A stretch of DNA of 52,261 nt. Source: a virus (lineage: Duplodnaviria > Caudoviricetes). The translations under genes and the position numbers were made by a program. The notes beneath the pieces are model-generated. The model saw only the letters and a program-made list of their open reading frames with translations, had not been told where the DNA came from and did not search any database. The stretch lies in IMG/VR virus record IMGVR_UViG_3300005804_000108, positions 1-52,261 of that record; one strand, 5' to 3'. Of the stretch, positions 43,042-51,187 are shown piece by piece. Each line of letters starts with the position of its first letter. The stretch's first letter is position 1.

Positions 43042-44463
43042 TTACAGTCCTCCGGGCATCGCATATCCGATTTTCGTATCAGCAGCGACCGATCCGCTTG
43101 TTTTTGTATTTGCCTTTGTCCCGGGGGGAGCATTTTTAAACTCTACCGAAACGCTCACCTGACCTTTGGCTGGCTGATTTCCATATGGACTCCCCAGCAT
43201 AGGATTATCTTCAGAAAGCATCTTTCGGGCGCGGGTAAGATACTTTTGCGTTTCCGAGGGTAATACAGCCATGTTTTTACCGGATTTCAAAAACTTATTC
43301 GCTACCCCCGGCCCTGCGTTATAGGCAACTGATACAGCTTCCATGTCGCCATTGTATTTTTTTAAAAGGCTGTCTAAAATCGTGCTCGCAACAATCTGAT
43401 TGTAGGCAGGTTCAAATAACCTTGAAGAATCAAATCCATATTGCTTCGCCGTTCCCGGCATTATCTGGTATACGCCAATAGCCCCTTTAGGCGATACAGA
43501 GTTCAGCTTACTTCCCTCAAGACGCCTAATAATCCCCAACTGTCTTGATGGAGCTTGAACGGATTTATCTGCCGGTGCCGGACCGATGCCTTTTGCCAAT
43601 AAATCAAACGCCGGAATAAGCATAGGAGCCGCCCATGCGCCAATGCTGTATTTTAAACCTGTCCATGACTCATCAAGTCTTTCCACCGACTTGCGGTATT
43701 TTTCAGCCGCTTGAATGGCCGGGCCCCCCATGACAAGACCTGATTTTCTTACCTCTTCAGACAGCGCAGCAATCTCTGATTTCCCCTTATTCATAAGGAT
43801 TATCATTGACGGGTCAATCCCCAGCATGCCCAATACCGTCTCTTTTGTCTGGACAGGCATTTTTGATTTATTCATCGCATCGACTAAATCAAGAAACGCG
43901 GTTTCTGTATCGACTGTTCCGTCCTTTAACCGTTTTATGGGAACATTAAGACGAATAAGGGCATCTCTTGCTGTATTATTCCTTCCTTGTGTTGCATGTT
44001 GTAATGTAAGACCAAATGAATGAAAACTCGCAGTCAATGCGTCGGATGAAATACCCACAAGCTTGGCTACTCCGCGATAAAGCTGAAGCTTGTCCGTTGA
44101 TATTCCTATGAGCGTGCTTGTTCGGTAAATCTCGGACCCTACGTTTCCCCACTTCTCAGCCAGCGTATTGGCCGTAACGATTACCGCCGCTGCTCCTGCG
44201 GCTAATCCACCGGCCATAGACCCTTTGGGGAACAACGAAATAAGATTAAAAAATGAATCGTGAGCGTCGCTGACGGAGTTTTTGAAACGTATGAAGGTTT
44301 TACCGACCTGGTCGAAATCAAGAGACTTTTTCATCGCCACCGATGATTTATTAACCTCATTCATCGGCTTGACTGATTTGCCGACTACAGCATTTACCTT
44401 ATTTACGATCGCAGAGGCTTTATCTTTGGCGGTTATTAATATTTGAAAATTGTTGTTTGGCAT
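43042..44463 (-). CDS. Short tape-measure-like protein with lytic transglycosylase (SLT) domain
   Basis: N-term FQILITAKDKAS; TMP-like ISTDKLQ, LLNKG-like segments; SLT motifs LEG...SPKGAIGVYQIMP...AYNAGPG...ETQKY; C-term VSVEFKNAPPG. Confidence 0.8.
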   Translation of the reverse strand: MPNNNFQILITAKDKASAIVNKVNAVVGKSVKPMNEVNKSSVAMKKSLDFDQVGKTFIRFKNSVSDAHDSFFNLISLFPKGSMAGGLAAGAAAVIVTANTLAEKWGNVGSEIYRTSTLIGISTDKLQLYRGVAKLVGISSDALTASFHSFGLTLQHATQGRNNTARDALIRLNVPIKRLKDGTVDTETAFLDLVDAMNKSKMPVQTKETVLGMLGIDPSMIILMNKGKSEIAALSEEVRKSGLVMGGPAIQAAEKYRKSVERLDESWTGLKYSIGAWAAPMLIPAFDLLAKGIGPAPADKSVQAPSRQLGIIRRLEGSKLNSVSPKGAIGVYQIMPGTAKQYGFDSSRLFEPAYNQIVASTILDSLLKKYNGDMEAVSVAYNAGPGVANKFLKSGKNMAVLPSETQKYLTRARKMLSEDNPMLGSPYGNQPAKGQVSVSVEFKNAPPGTKANTKTSGSVAADTKIGYAMPGGL

Positions 44464-44473
44464 GTCCTCCTCC

Positions 44474-45070
44474 CTAATCAACGATCCCGTATTCAGTTAA
44501 AAAGTCATTCAGTGCATCACAAATGGCATCCCTTAAGATTGCCGCCGCTTGCGCAGGTTCCTTGCAATTCGCCAACCTGATCGCATACTCGCTGGGGATT
44601 GCCAGCAATTTATTCCGGAGCCCCAGGCATCTGGTCGAATTTATCCTTTCAACCTCATCGGCATCGAGAAGCTTCCCTTCTCGAAGGTCGGCGTCCCATT
44701 TGGCTTGCTTCTTTTCCAGTTCGGCAAGTAAAACCTGCTGCGCCCGGTAAAGGCGGTCAAGTTCAGCCTTTGGCTTTCCGAATATTCCACCAGTCGTCGG
44801 AATGCTGTCTTCCGGTTTTTGGTTGTCTGGTTTACTATCCGGTTTACTTTTTGGTTTACTCTCCGGTTTACTTTTAAAACCCTGCCCATCTGAACGAGGG
44901 GCGCTCCGATATTTTTCTAGGTTTTTATCGCTTGCCTCAACATCGACCAAACGGCCATCCAGAACGAGAAGACCGCGCTTTTGCCATTTGTTAACGGCCA
45001 TCTTTGAAACGCCATGTCGCTTGGCATATGCGGTCTGTGTTTCTAGTAATTTACTCATTTTTTGTTTCAC
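44474..45070 (-). CDS. Terminase small subunit (Nu1-like) of the satellite
   Basis: HTH TQTAYAKRHGVSKMAVNKWQKRG..VDVEASD; REGKLLDADEV...LRNKLLAIPS...ICDAL. Confidence 0.8.
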   Translation of the reverse strand: MKQKMSKLLETQTAYAKRHGVSKMAVNKWQKRGLLVLDGRLVDVEASDKNLEKYRSAPRSDGQGFKSKPESKPKSKPDSKPDNQKPEDSIPTTGGIFGKPKAELDRLYRAQQVLLAELEKKQAKWDADLREGKLLDADEVERINSTRCLGLRNKLLAIPSEYAIRLANCKEPAQAAAILRDAICDALNDFLTEYGIVD

Positions 45071-45110
45071 CGAGTAAACCGAGTAAACCGAGTAAACCTA
45101 TTTTGTAAAC
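44829..45110. repeat. GGTTTACT repeats: four in terS (12-bp period) and three inverted upstream (9-bp period)
   Basis: GGTTTACT at 44829, 44841, 44853, 44865; AGTAAACC at 45073, 45082, 45091; partial GTAAAC at 45105. Confidence 0.85.
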
Positions 45111-45119
45111 TCTAATATC

Positions 45120-45180
45120 TGGTAAAATATCGAGGCGCGCAACTGCCCCTATGGTTTTGTGTATGGCACAGGACCCGACA
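45120..45180 (-). other. Candidate cos/packaging site of the satellite
   Basis: Minus strand GGGTCCTGTG...GCGCGCCTCGAT in the intergenic region directly upstream of terS and its repeats. Confidence 0.45.
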
Positions 45181-45199
45181 CTTTATCCGTTACCTCTTC

Positions 45200-45231
45200 A
45201 AAAAGAGCGGCCCGTTATGAGTCGAGCCGCC
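45200..45231 (-). terminator. Rho-independent terminator after the Sid-like gene
   Basis: Minus strand GCGGCTCG...CGGGCCGC-TCTTTTT. Confidence 0.6.
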
Positions 45232-45282
45232 CCCAAGAGCTTCCTCACAATGGATACCTCATCGCGAAGAAGGGAGATTGCT

Positions 45283-45849
45283 TTACCGTTGAGGAAGAAA
45301 TTCTTCAATAAGCCGCGCCTTATCTTCTGTTAAATCCGGATGGCTTCCCTGGAAAAAAATCTGAACCAGGCGCGAGCCGAGTTCGTCAGCGAAAAGTAGA
45401 CGGCCGCCCAGCTGTTGTGCGGCCAACGTCTTGCGCAAAGAGTCACCGACCGCTTTTTTTGCTTTTTCAGAAAATTCCGATGAGACCATACTCCAGAAAA
45501 GCTTGCGTTGCATCATTACCTGTCTTTGCAGCTCGGCCACCTCTTCTCTGAAATGCTGTTCAACCGACAAGCAAGACTCACCGATCGCCCTCAGGTCTCC
45601 GACCTCATTTTCGGCTTCATGAACTTTACCGCGAGCAGTTTTAACATCCGTCGGATTGCAGCTTCCTTCAGCGATTCCGCGAACAGCATCTTCGACGGCC
45701 TTCCTTAACTCAACGAGATTTGCCTCCGCTTTCAGAAGCTTTTCGCCATTCTCCGTTGCCGCCTGGCAAACGCTCGCCAATCGTTCCAAACTCACCTTTA
45801 AAGTCGTCTCTAATTCCTCAACTTTTCCCGCCGCGTCTTTGATTTTCAT
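45283..45849 (-). CDS. Coiled-coil protein, Sid/Psu-like candidate
   Basis: 188 aa from ATG 45849 (AAGGAG SD); long heptad helices; family is an inference. Confidence 0.5.
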   Translation of the reverse strand: MKIKDAAGKVEELETTLKVSLERLASVCQAATENGEKLLKAEANLVELRKAVEDAVRGIAEGSCNPTDVKTARGKVHEAENEVGDLRAIGESCLSVEQHFREEVAELQRQVMMQRKLFWSMVSSEFSEKAKKAVGDSLRKTLAAQQLGGRLLFADELGSRLVQIFFQGSHPDLTEDKARLIEEFLPQR

Positions 45850-45890
45850 AAAAATCATTTCTCCTTTTTTTGAAATCCGGCATTCACCGG

Positions 45891-46067
45891 TTATTTGTTT
45901 TTTCCTTTTTTTTGAAAAATCCTGTCCCAGTCCGCATCGATTTTCGCCCGTCTTTGCCGTGTCTTCTGCCCCTGGGCGTGCGCGAAGGCTCGATCCCACG
46001 ATGCTGCAATTTTTCGATCATTAAGCCCCTTTCCGAGATGCGTAAAATCATGACCATTGCTCTTCAT
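45891..46067 (-). CDS. 58-aa protein with duplicated WDR(A/I)F motif (candidate mini-scaffold)
   Basis: AAGGAG SD, ATG 46067: MKSNGHDFTHLG...IAASWDRAFAHA...IDADWDRIFQKK. Confidence 0.55.
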   Translation of the reverse strand: MKSNGHDFTHLGKGLNDRKIAASWDRAFAHAQGQKTRQRRAKIDADWDRIFQKKGKNK

Positions 46068-46186
46068 TTTGCTTTCTCCTTTAATTTTTGGATTTGACCG
46101 TTTCTTTTCGTTTGGTTTCACTTTAACTTTCTGTTTCCTGTCGCGAACCGATACCCATTTCGACTCAACCGATGCACTTGAAATAA

Positions 46187-47527
46187 TCATTCCCTTCTCT
46201 CCCTCCACCCCGGCGTCTCCATATCCTTAAAGCTCTGCGTTGCCGCATTGAACCGAAGCTTTATTGTTCCGGTTGGTCCGTTGCGGTGTTTTGCGATTTC
46301 GATTTCTACAATTCCCCGGTTCGGATTGTCTTGCCGCTTATCATAGAGTTCGTCCCGGTAGATAAAGGCGATGATGTCGGCATCCTGTTCGATGGCGCCG
46401 GACTCCCGGAGATCGGAAAGCATGGGGCGCTTATCTGCGCGGCTGTCCACCTGCCGGTTGAGCTGTGAAAGGCCAATGACAGGAATATTCAGTTCGCGGG
46501 CAATGGCTTTGAGCGTCCGGCTGATTTCAGCCACGGCCTGCTCCCGGGTGTCGTGCTTTCCTGGCACACGGACAAGTTGAATGTAGTCGACAATGAGAAG
46601 GCCCAATCCGTGTTCGGTTTTCAACTGCCTTGCCTTGGCCCGGATTGCAGTCGGCGTGATGTCGACCTGGTCATCGATGAAAAGTGGAGCCTGCCCGATA
46701 GTCTGGACGGCTTCGATAACCGTTCCCCATTGCGAATTATGAACATAGCCGCGCCGGAGCTGCCGGGAATTGATGTTGGTCATATTCGCAAAGAAGCGGA
46801 GCATGATAGATTCAGCGGGCATTTCGAGGGAAAATATGACTGTGGGTGTTTCGTGCAACGCGGCATATTTTGCAATGTGGCCGGCAACTGCGCTTTTTCC
46901 CATCCCGGGGCGTCCGGCAATGATGATCAGACCACCATCAGGAAGCCCGCCGGTGATTTCGTCAAGGTCCGTCATTCCCGTGGCCGTACCTGTAACGATG
47001 TCGCCGCCGCGTTTATAGGAATCTTCGATCTGGTGCAGTGTGGTTTTTGCAACATCCCGAGCTGCCCGGATTGTGCTTTTGTGGCGCTCGATTGAAAGCT
47101 TCTGGGCTATCGAAATTGCTTCTTCAGCCTGACCGGAATAAACCGCCTCCGTCATCATATTTGCCGTTTCGATGATCCGGCGCTCATTGGCCTTGTCTTT
47201 TACGATCTCGGCATAATGCCGGGCGTTTGACGCCGAAATAACGCTGTCAGTTAATTCGGCAATATATGGCGCACCCCCGGATTTATCCAAAAGCCCGGCG
47301 TTTCGTAAATCATTTGATACAGTCAAGAGGTCGGCGGCACCGCCTCTGTCAGTTAAGCGGATGATTGACTCGAATATACATCTATTACCTTTACTGTAAA
47401 AATCGTCTTTAGTGAGAATTTCAGACGATTCCGAAACTGTCTTATTATCGCATAACATGGCCCCCAAAACGGCTTTTTCGGCATTTTCGTTATGAGGCAT
47501 TACTCGACGGGTATCAGCGTCAATCAT
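46187..47527 (-). CDS. dnaB: Replicative DNA helicase
   Basis: PHNENAEKAVLG, GRPGMGKS, FSLEM, VDYIQL, LSQLNR, RPMLSDLRESGAIEQDAD, KHRNGPTG. Confidence 0.95.
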   Translation of the reverse strand: MIDADTRRVMPHNENAEKAVLGAMLCDNKTVSESSEILTKDDFYSKGNRCIFESIIRLTDRGGAADLLTVSNDLRNAGLLDKSGGAPYIAELTDSVISASNARHYAEIVKDKANERRIIETANMMTEAVYSGQAEEAISIAQKLSIERHKSTIRAARDVAKTTLHQIEDSYKRGGDIVTGTATGMTDLDEITGGLPDGGLIIIAGRPGMGKSAVAGHIAKYAALHETPTVIFSLEMPAESIMLRFFANMTNINSRQLRRGYVHNSQWGTVIEAVQTIGQAPLFIDDQVDITPTAIRAKARQLKTEHGLGLLIVDYIQLVRVPGKHDTREQAVAEISRTLKAIARELNIPVIGLSQLNRQVDSRADKRPMLSDLRESGAIEQDADIIAFIYRDELYDKRQDNPNRGIVEIEIAKHRNGPTGTIKLRFNAATQSFKDMETPGWRERRE

Positions 47528-48338
47528 ATGCGCGAGCCTCCATTGCACAGTAAACGCATCCAGTGTGTGTCAAGTCAGATTTGACGACAATTCGACGGCC
47601 GCACCTTGAGCACACATAAACTTCCGGATCTTGCCGGGAAGGTTGAATGGCCGGTTCTGGTTTTCCGTTCCGGATGATACCCAAAAGATACTTTTCGTCT
47701 TTACCCTGAGAGGCGTAATCTTTGGCCAGATACGTTTTGATTCCTGACATAACCTGATCTGCCGGGTATTTCTTCCACTGGTGAAGGATGTTCAGTTTTA
47801 CACTGTCGGAAATGCGATTTGTCTTCCTGATGGATGATATGGCCGTGAATGCCTGATTGATTATTTCCTGGTCTTGATAACGCTCTTTTAAAACGGAAAT
47901 TTCAGATAAAATATTTTCAGGGGTTCTTTTATTTATAAAAGAACATTCTTTAATTCTTGTATGTGGACCTTTGTTGGTCATTTGCTGGTCGCTTTGCTGG
48001 TCGTTTTCATCTTCGCGCGATTGGTAAGTGTGCCAATTTACAATAGTTATAATTGAAAATTTGTTGGTCGTTTTGATGGTCAAATTTCCGCACTTTATCA
48101 GAAATGCAATAATAGTGCGGATTTCACGCTCTGTCAGTCCGGTTTCCTGGGCTGCTTTTTGTCTACCAAAGACAAATTGACCTGGCATGAGGTGAACTAC
48201 TTGCAGGCCAACAATCGCGTCAAATTCCTTGTAGCTGGCCTTCAGTAGACACCATGACCAGAACGCCCACAGCTTATGATTTCTGAGCCAACCGGAATCA
48301 AGGGTTTTACGCCATATATGAACGAAACCACGGTTCAT
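47520..48338 (-). CDS. Phage replication initiator (lambda O / replisome organizer-like)
   Basis: GFVHIWRK...LLKAS...PGQFVFGR...TTNKFSIITIVNWHTYQ; internal iterons. Confidence 0.8.
   Translation of the reverse strand: MNRGFVHIWRKTLDSGWLRNHKLWAFWSWCLLKASYKEFDAIVGLQVVHLMPGQFVFGRQKAAQETGLTEREIRTIIAFLIKCGNLTIKTTNKFSIITIVNWHTYQSREDENDQQSDQQMTNKGPHTRIKECSFINKRTPENILSEISVLKERYQDQEIINQAFTAISSIRKTNRISDSVKLNILHQWKKYPADQVMSGIKTYLAKDYASQGKDEKYLLGIIRNGKPEPAIQPSRQDPEVYVCSRCGRRIVVKSDLTHTGCVYCAMEARAYD
47881..48081. other. Satellite replication origin (iterons plus AT-rich tract inside rep)
   Basis: TTGHTGGTC at 47971, 47982, 47994, 48061, 48073 next to AT-rich 47881-47960. Confidence 0.65.
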
Positions 48339-48553
48339 TTACGAGCCCCTCCCAACTGATAGGCTCGCGGATCCGGAAAACGCGCCGTCATAAGTCGCTG
48401 AATCTCTTCTTCTGGAAACGGCCACGATAATTTGACCCGTCCATTTTTATCGGCCAGTTCAGCCAGCAAAAGAAACACATTCGCCGCCGACGGGTCCTTT
48501 CGGAAAATTCGGTTGTACTCGCGCCGGAATTGTCGGTTAGGTGTAAAAATCAT
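48335..48553 (-). CDS. Hypothetical protein
   Basis: Coupled between AlpA-like and rep genes. Confidence 0.6.
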   Translation of the reverse strand: MIFTPNRQFRREYNRIFRKDPSAANVFLLLAELADKNGRVKLSWPFPEEEIQRLMTARFPDPRAYQLGGARK

Positions 48554-48742
48554 CTACTTACCCGCCTGTCCCCCCCCTAAAAGTTTCTCAACTTCACTGG
48601 CCGGCCAGAGCAAGCGACGGTTCGGAAGTTTCAAAGGCCGTAAACCAAAGTAAGCGCCTTTGACACAATAACCTCGCCTGATTGTGCCGGGATCGACCTT
48701 AAGCAATGCAGCTAGCTCTTTCGTATCGTATGTCTTGTTCAT
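48554..48742 (-). CDS. AlpA/excisionase-like DNA-binding protein
   Basis: TKELAALLKVDPGTIRRGYC...PLKLPNRRLLWP. Confidence 0.75.
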   Translation of the reverse strand: MNKTYDTKELAALLKVDPGTIRRGYCVKGAYFGLRPLKLPNRRLLWPASEVEKLLGGGQAGK

Positions 48743-48792
48743 TTCAAACCTCCATCGTTAGATGTGTAATTCCATCTTGTTCATTTGAAGGA

Positions 48793-48823
48793 AGTTTACA
48801 GAAGTCGCTTAAGCGACAGTCAA
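48793..48823 (-). promoter_or_regulatory. Promoter with 19-bp spacer containing a 14-bp palindrome
   Basis: TTGACT-N19-TAAACT; GTCGCTTAAGCGAC at 48804-48817. Confidence 0.6.
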
Positions 48824-48838
48824 GGAACAAAATCACAT

Positions 48839-48862
48839 AAAAAAAGCCGGACATAATCCGGC
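48839..48862 (-). terminator. Rho-independent terminator
   Basis: Minus strand GCCGGA-TTATG-TCCGGC-TTTTTTT. Confidence 0.7.
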
Positions 48863-48943
48863 AAATATCTTTTCTTATTAAATGATTAAATGATTATTTC
48901 TGTTTGTCGCGGGCGCGACAATGGCGCGACAATTTACGACACT

Positions 48944-49543
48944 TTATGAGTTTTCTATCAATTTTTTACCCTTGTTGATAAGACGTTGTCCGCGTTGTTT
49001 TATCGTTTTGTGCTGATTTTTGTTAAGATCATCAGCCAGATTTAATTTTAGTGCAATTTCTTTGGCGCTTAAATCATATTTCAAGTTAAGCTCGCACGCA
49101 ATCAATTCATCGGGCGTGCCCTTATCCTGCTGCCTTTTTACAAATTCTTCCGGTGTCAATGATAACATTTTAATATCTTCGAGTTGAAAAAATAGACCGG
49201 CAAATACTTTATTTATCATCTGTTGATTTAGCGCCGGCACATCCTCCCGTTGAAGGCCGATCTCTAGTAAAAGCATCGCTCGGCCTACACCGCCCCCGAA
49301 CGGCGGTATTCGTAAAATATTTTTTTTCACCATAATTTTTCTAACGTCGGGAAGCTCCAAGAATGTAGCGTAGCGTTCGTCTTCCAGAAGTTCATCGACA
49401 TTTGTTGAAATGAATGCGTTGTTGCGGCACTCGTATGCATTTAACTTTTCCTCCCGAATAAAAGCAAATAGATCGCCTTGACTCAAGCCGGATTTTTCTG
49501 CCGCATCAGCATAGCTGATGAAGTTATCGTCTGATAATTCCAT
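48944..49543 (-). CDS. Putative regulator with two HTH-like regions
   Basis: N-term ISYADAAEKSGLS...IREEKLNA; C-term LSAKEIALKLNL; lies between int and alpA. Confidence 0.55.
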   Translation of the reverse strand: MELSDDNFISYADAAEKSGLSQGDLFAFIREEKLNAYECRNNAFISTNVDELLEDERYATFLELPDVRKIMVKKNILRIPPFGGGVGRAMLLLEIGLQREDVPALNQQMINKVFAGLFFQLEDIKMLSLTPEEFVKRQQDKGTPDELIACELNLKYDLSAKEIALKLNLADDLNKNQHKTIKQRGQRLINKGKKLIENS

Positions 49544-49573
49544 TATGTTTTCACCTTCCTCAGTATCTTGATT

Positions 49574-50881
49574 TCACTTCCCCACTGGAAATTGGACAAC
49601 CTTCTTTTCTTCCTCGCCTGTGGCAATCCTGTTTAAATGACGTTCCCACTTGATTAATGCAGCATGCTTTTCTCTTAAATATTCGTGCCGATCATAATGC
49701 CGTGTCTGCACGCCGGAAATGCCGTGTGAAAGCAACTGCGCCCGGATGTCACGGGAAACGCCCAGCCCAGCCAGCATGGTTTCAACTGTTCGCCGGATGT
49801 CTCGAAGGTCGAAAGACTCCTTGCCGATCTTCCCGGCAATCTCTGTGACACGCGGCCCGGGTATGGAAACATGAATCGGTGTCGTTTTCTTCACAGAGGG
49901 GAAAAGCCAACGGGTTTCTTTTACCTGTGACCGCTTGACCAATTCTGAAACGATAGACGCCGCCACCTGGCCAAGCGGCAAAAGATGCTCTCTTGGTGTC
50001 CGGCGCTTGCCTTTGGGATCGAACAACCTCAAAACTTTGGCGTCTGGGGTCCAGTCGGCAATCTCGGCTCTCAATATCTGCGACATTCGTTGACCACCTG
50101 AAAACAAGGCCAGCTTAAGCGCCATATCAACGGTGTCGTCTCCCAGCGCCCCCGTGTATTGCTTGAGTTCGTCCGGGGTCAATGTCCGGTTTCCGGCATT
50201 GACAGGAATTGTCGGTATAACATCCGTCGGATTGCTGCTGATTTTGAACTTGATAAAGATTGACGGAAGGGCGCTGTCAAAAGATGCGCGTTTCCCGCAA
50301 TTATACGATGCGCTTATCGTTGATCGCAATATGCCCGCAGTCCGCTCTTTGCCTTTTTCCCGCGTTTGTCGGATCAATGCTGCAATATCATGCGCCGTGA
50401 TACTTGTAGCCGGTTTTCCCGCAAGAGTAGGGTCAACGTCCAAAACATGAACCTTGACCACGGATCGGGCTGCCTTCGCTGATTTCAATTTGCCTTTTGC
50501 TTCAAGATAGTCGGCGTAGGATTCAAGAAGCGCCTTAAGGGTATATTTCTTTTTTGCTTCGGTCTCGGTCTTTATCGCCTCTTTTTCCGCGTTCTTTTCG
50601 CGCTCAAGCTCACGCGGATCAATTCCCTTGTCAAGCAATGTCTGAAGCCTCCGCGCCTCTTTACGGGCATCCTCAATCGTCCAGCTGTCTGTTTTTCCGA
50701 TTGTCCATCTGATTGTTGAACGATGAAGCTTTCCTTCAAATATAAAAGCCTTTACGCCGGATGATGTCACCCGGACCGCCAAACGTTGAACAACATCATC
50801 CCAAAGAAAAGCCTGTGATTTACCCCCAGGGCAAACGAAACGCCGGATACGTTCATCGGTTAGTCTGACTCGTTCTGCCAT
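49574..50881 (-). CDS. int: P4-like tyrosine integrase of the satellite
   Basis: Arm-binding N-term (FLWD...LAVRVT.SGVKAF...GIDP); SGGQR, RDIRRTVET, LSHG, HYDRHEY. Confidence 0.92.
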   Translation of the reverse strand: MAERVRLTDERIRRFVCPGGKSQAFLWDDVVQRLAVRVTSSGVKAFIFEGKLHRSTIRWTIGKTDSWTIEDARKEARRLQTLLDKGIDPRELEREKNAEKEAIKTETEAKKKYTLKALLESYADYLEAKGKLKSAKAARSVVKVHVLDVDPTLAGKPATSITAHDIAALIRQTREKGKERTAGILRSTISASYNCGKRASFDSALPSIFIKFKISSNPTDVIPTIPVNAGNRTLTPDELKQYTGALGDDTVDMALKLALFSGGQRMSQILRAEIADWTPDAKVLRLFDPKGKRRTPREHLLPLGQVAASIVSELVKRSQVKETRWLFPSVKKTTPIHVSIPGPRVTEIAGKIGKESFDLRDIRRTVETMLAGLGVSRDIRAQLLSHGISGVQTRHYDRHEYLREKHAALIKWERHLNRIATGEEEKKVVQFPVGK

Positions 50882-51066
50882 GTAGCCAACTCCTGTCAGT
50901 AGATGGTTTTTTATGTGGCCACTTAGTCAGTAGGTTTCATGTAGCCACCATGTAGCCACTTTCTTACAATATCGTTCAATATAAGTCAATATGTGAAATG
51001 CAGTACAGAAGCGATATAGAAGCTATTTTGGCTGGCTACACAATGCGCTTCAATGTGCTTCAATAT
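50880..51066 (+). promoter_or_regulatory. Integrase arm-type sites and phased CAAT repeats (satellite right end)
   Basis: ATGTAGCC at 50880, 50939, 50950 (ATGTGGCC 50913); CAAT triads with 10-bp period at 50967/50977/50987 and 51041/51051/51061. Confidence 0.6.
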
Positions 51067-51078
51067 GGCGTTTTATTG

Positions 51079-51124
51079 ATTCGTAATCAGTAGGTCACCA
51101 GTTCAAATCTGGTCATCGGCTCCA
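51079..51124 (+). repeat. att site copy 2: 3' half of tRNA-Thr(CGT)
   Basis: Identical to 40609-40654; no 5' half upstream. Confidence 0.92.
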
Positions 51125-51187
51125 GAATTCAAGTACTTACATCATCATTAAAATATCAAAGAACAGTAAAATTTGCCCTAAATTGCC

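Larger units (their letters stand above)
40609..51124. mobile_element. Phage satellite (PICI/P4-like), 10,470 bp att-to-att
   Basis: Perfect 46-bp flanking repeats; integrase, AlpA-like, rep, DnaB, TerS; no capsid, portal or TerL. Confidence 0.88.

Noticed and set aside
40609-51124. Capsid-forming PICI or simple decayed prophage
   Set aside because: No capsid, portal, protease or TerL genes; no visible pseudogene fragments, and ends and regulatory sites are intact. Decay is not fully excluded without comparative data.
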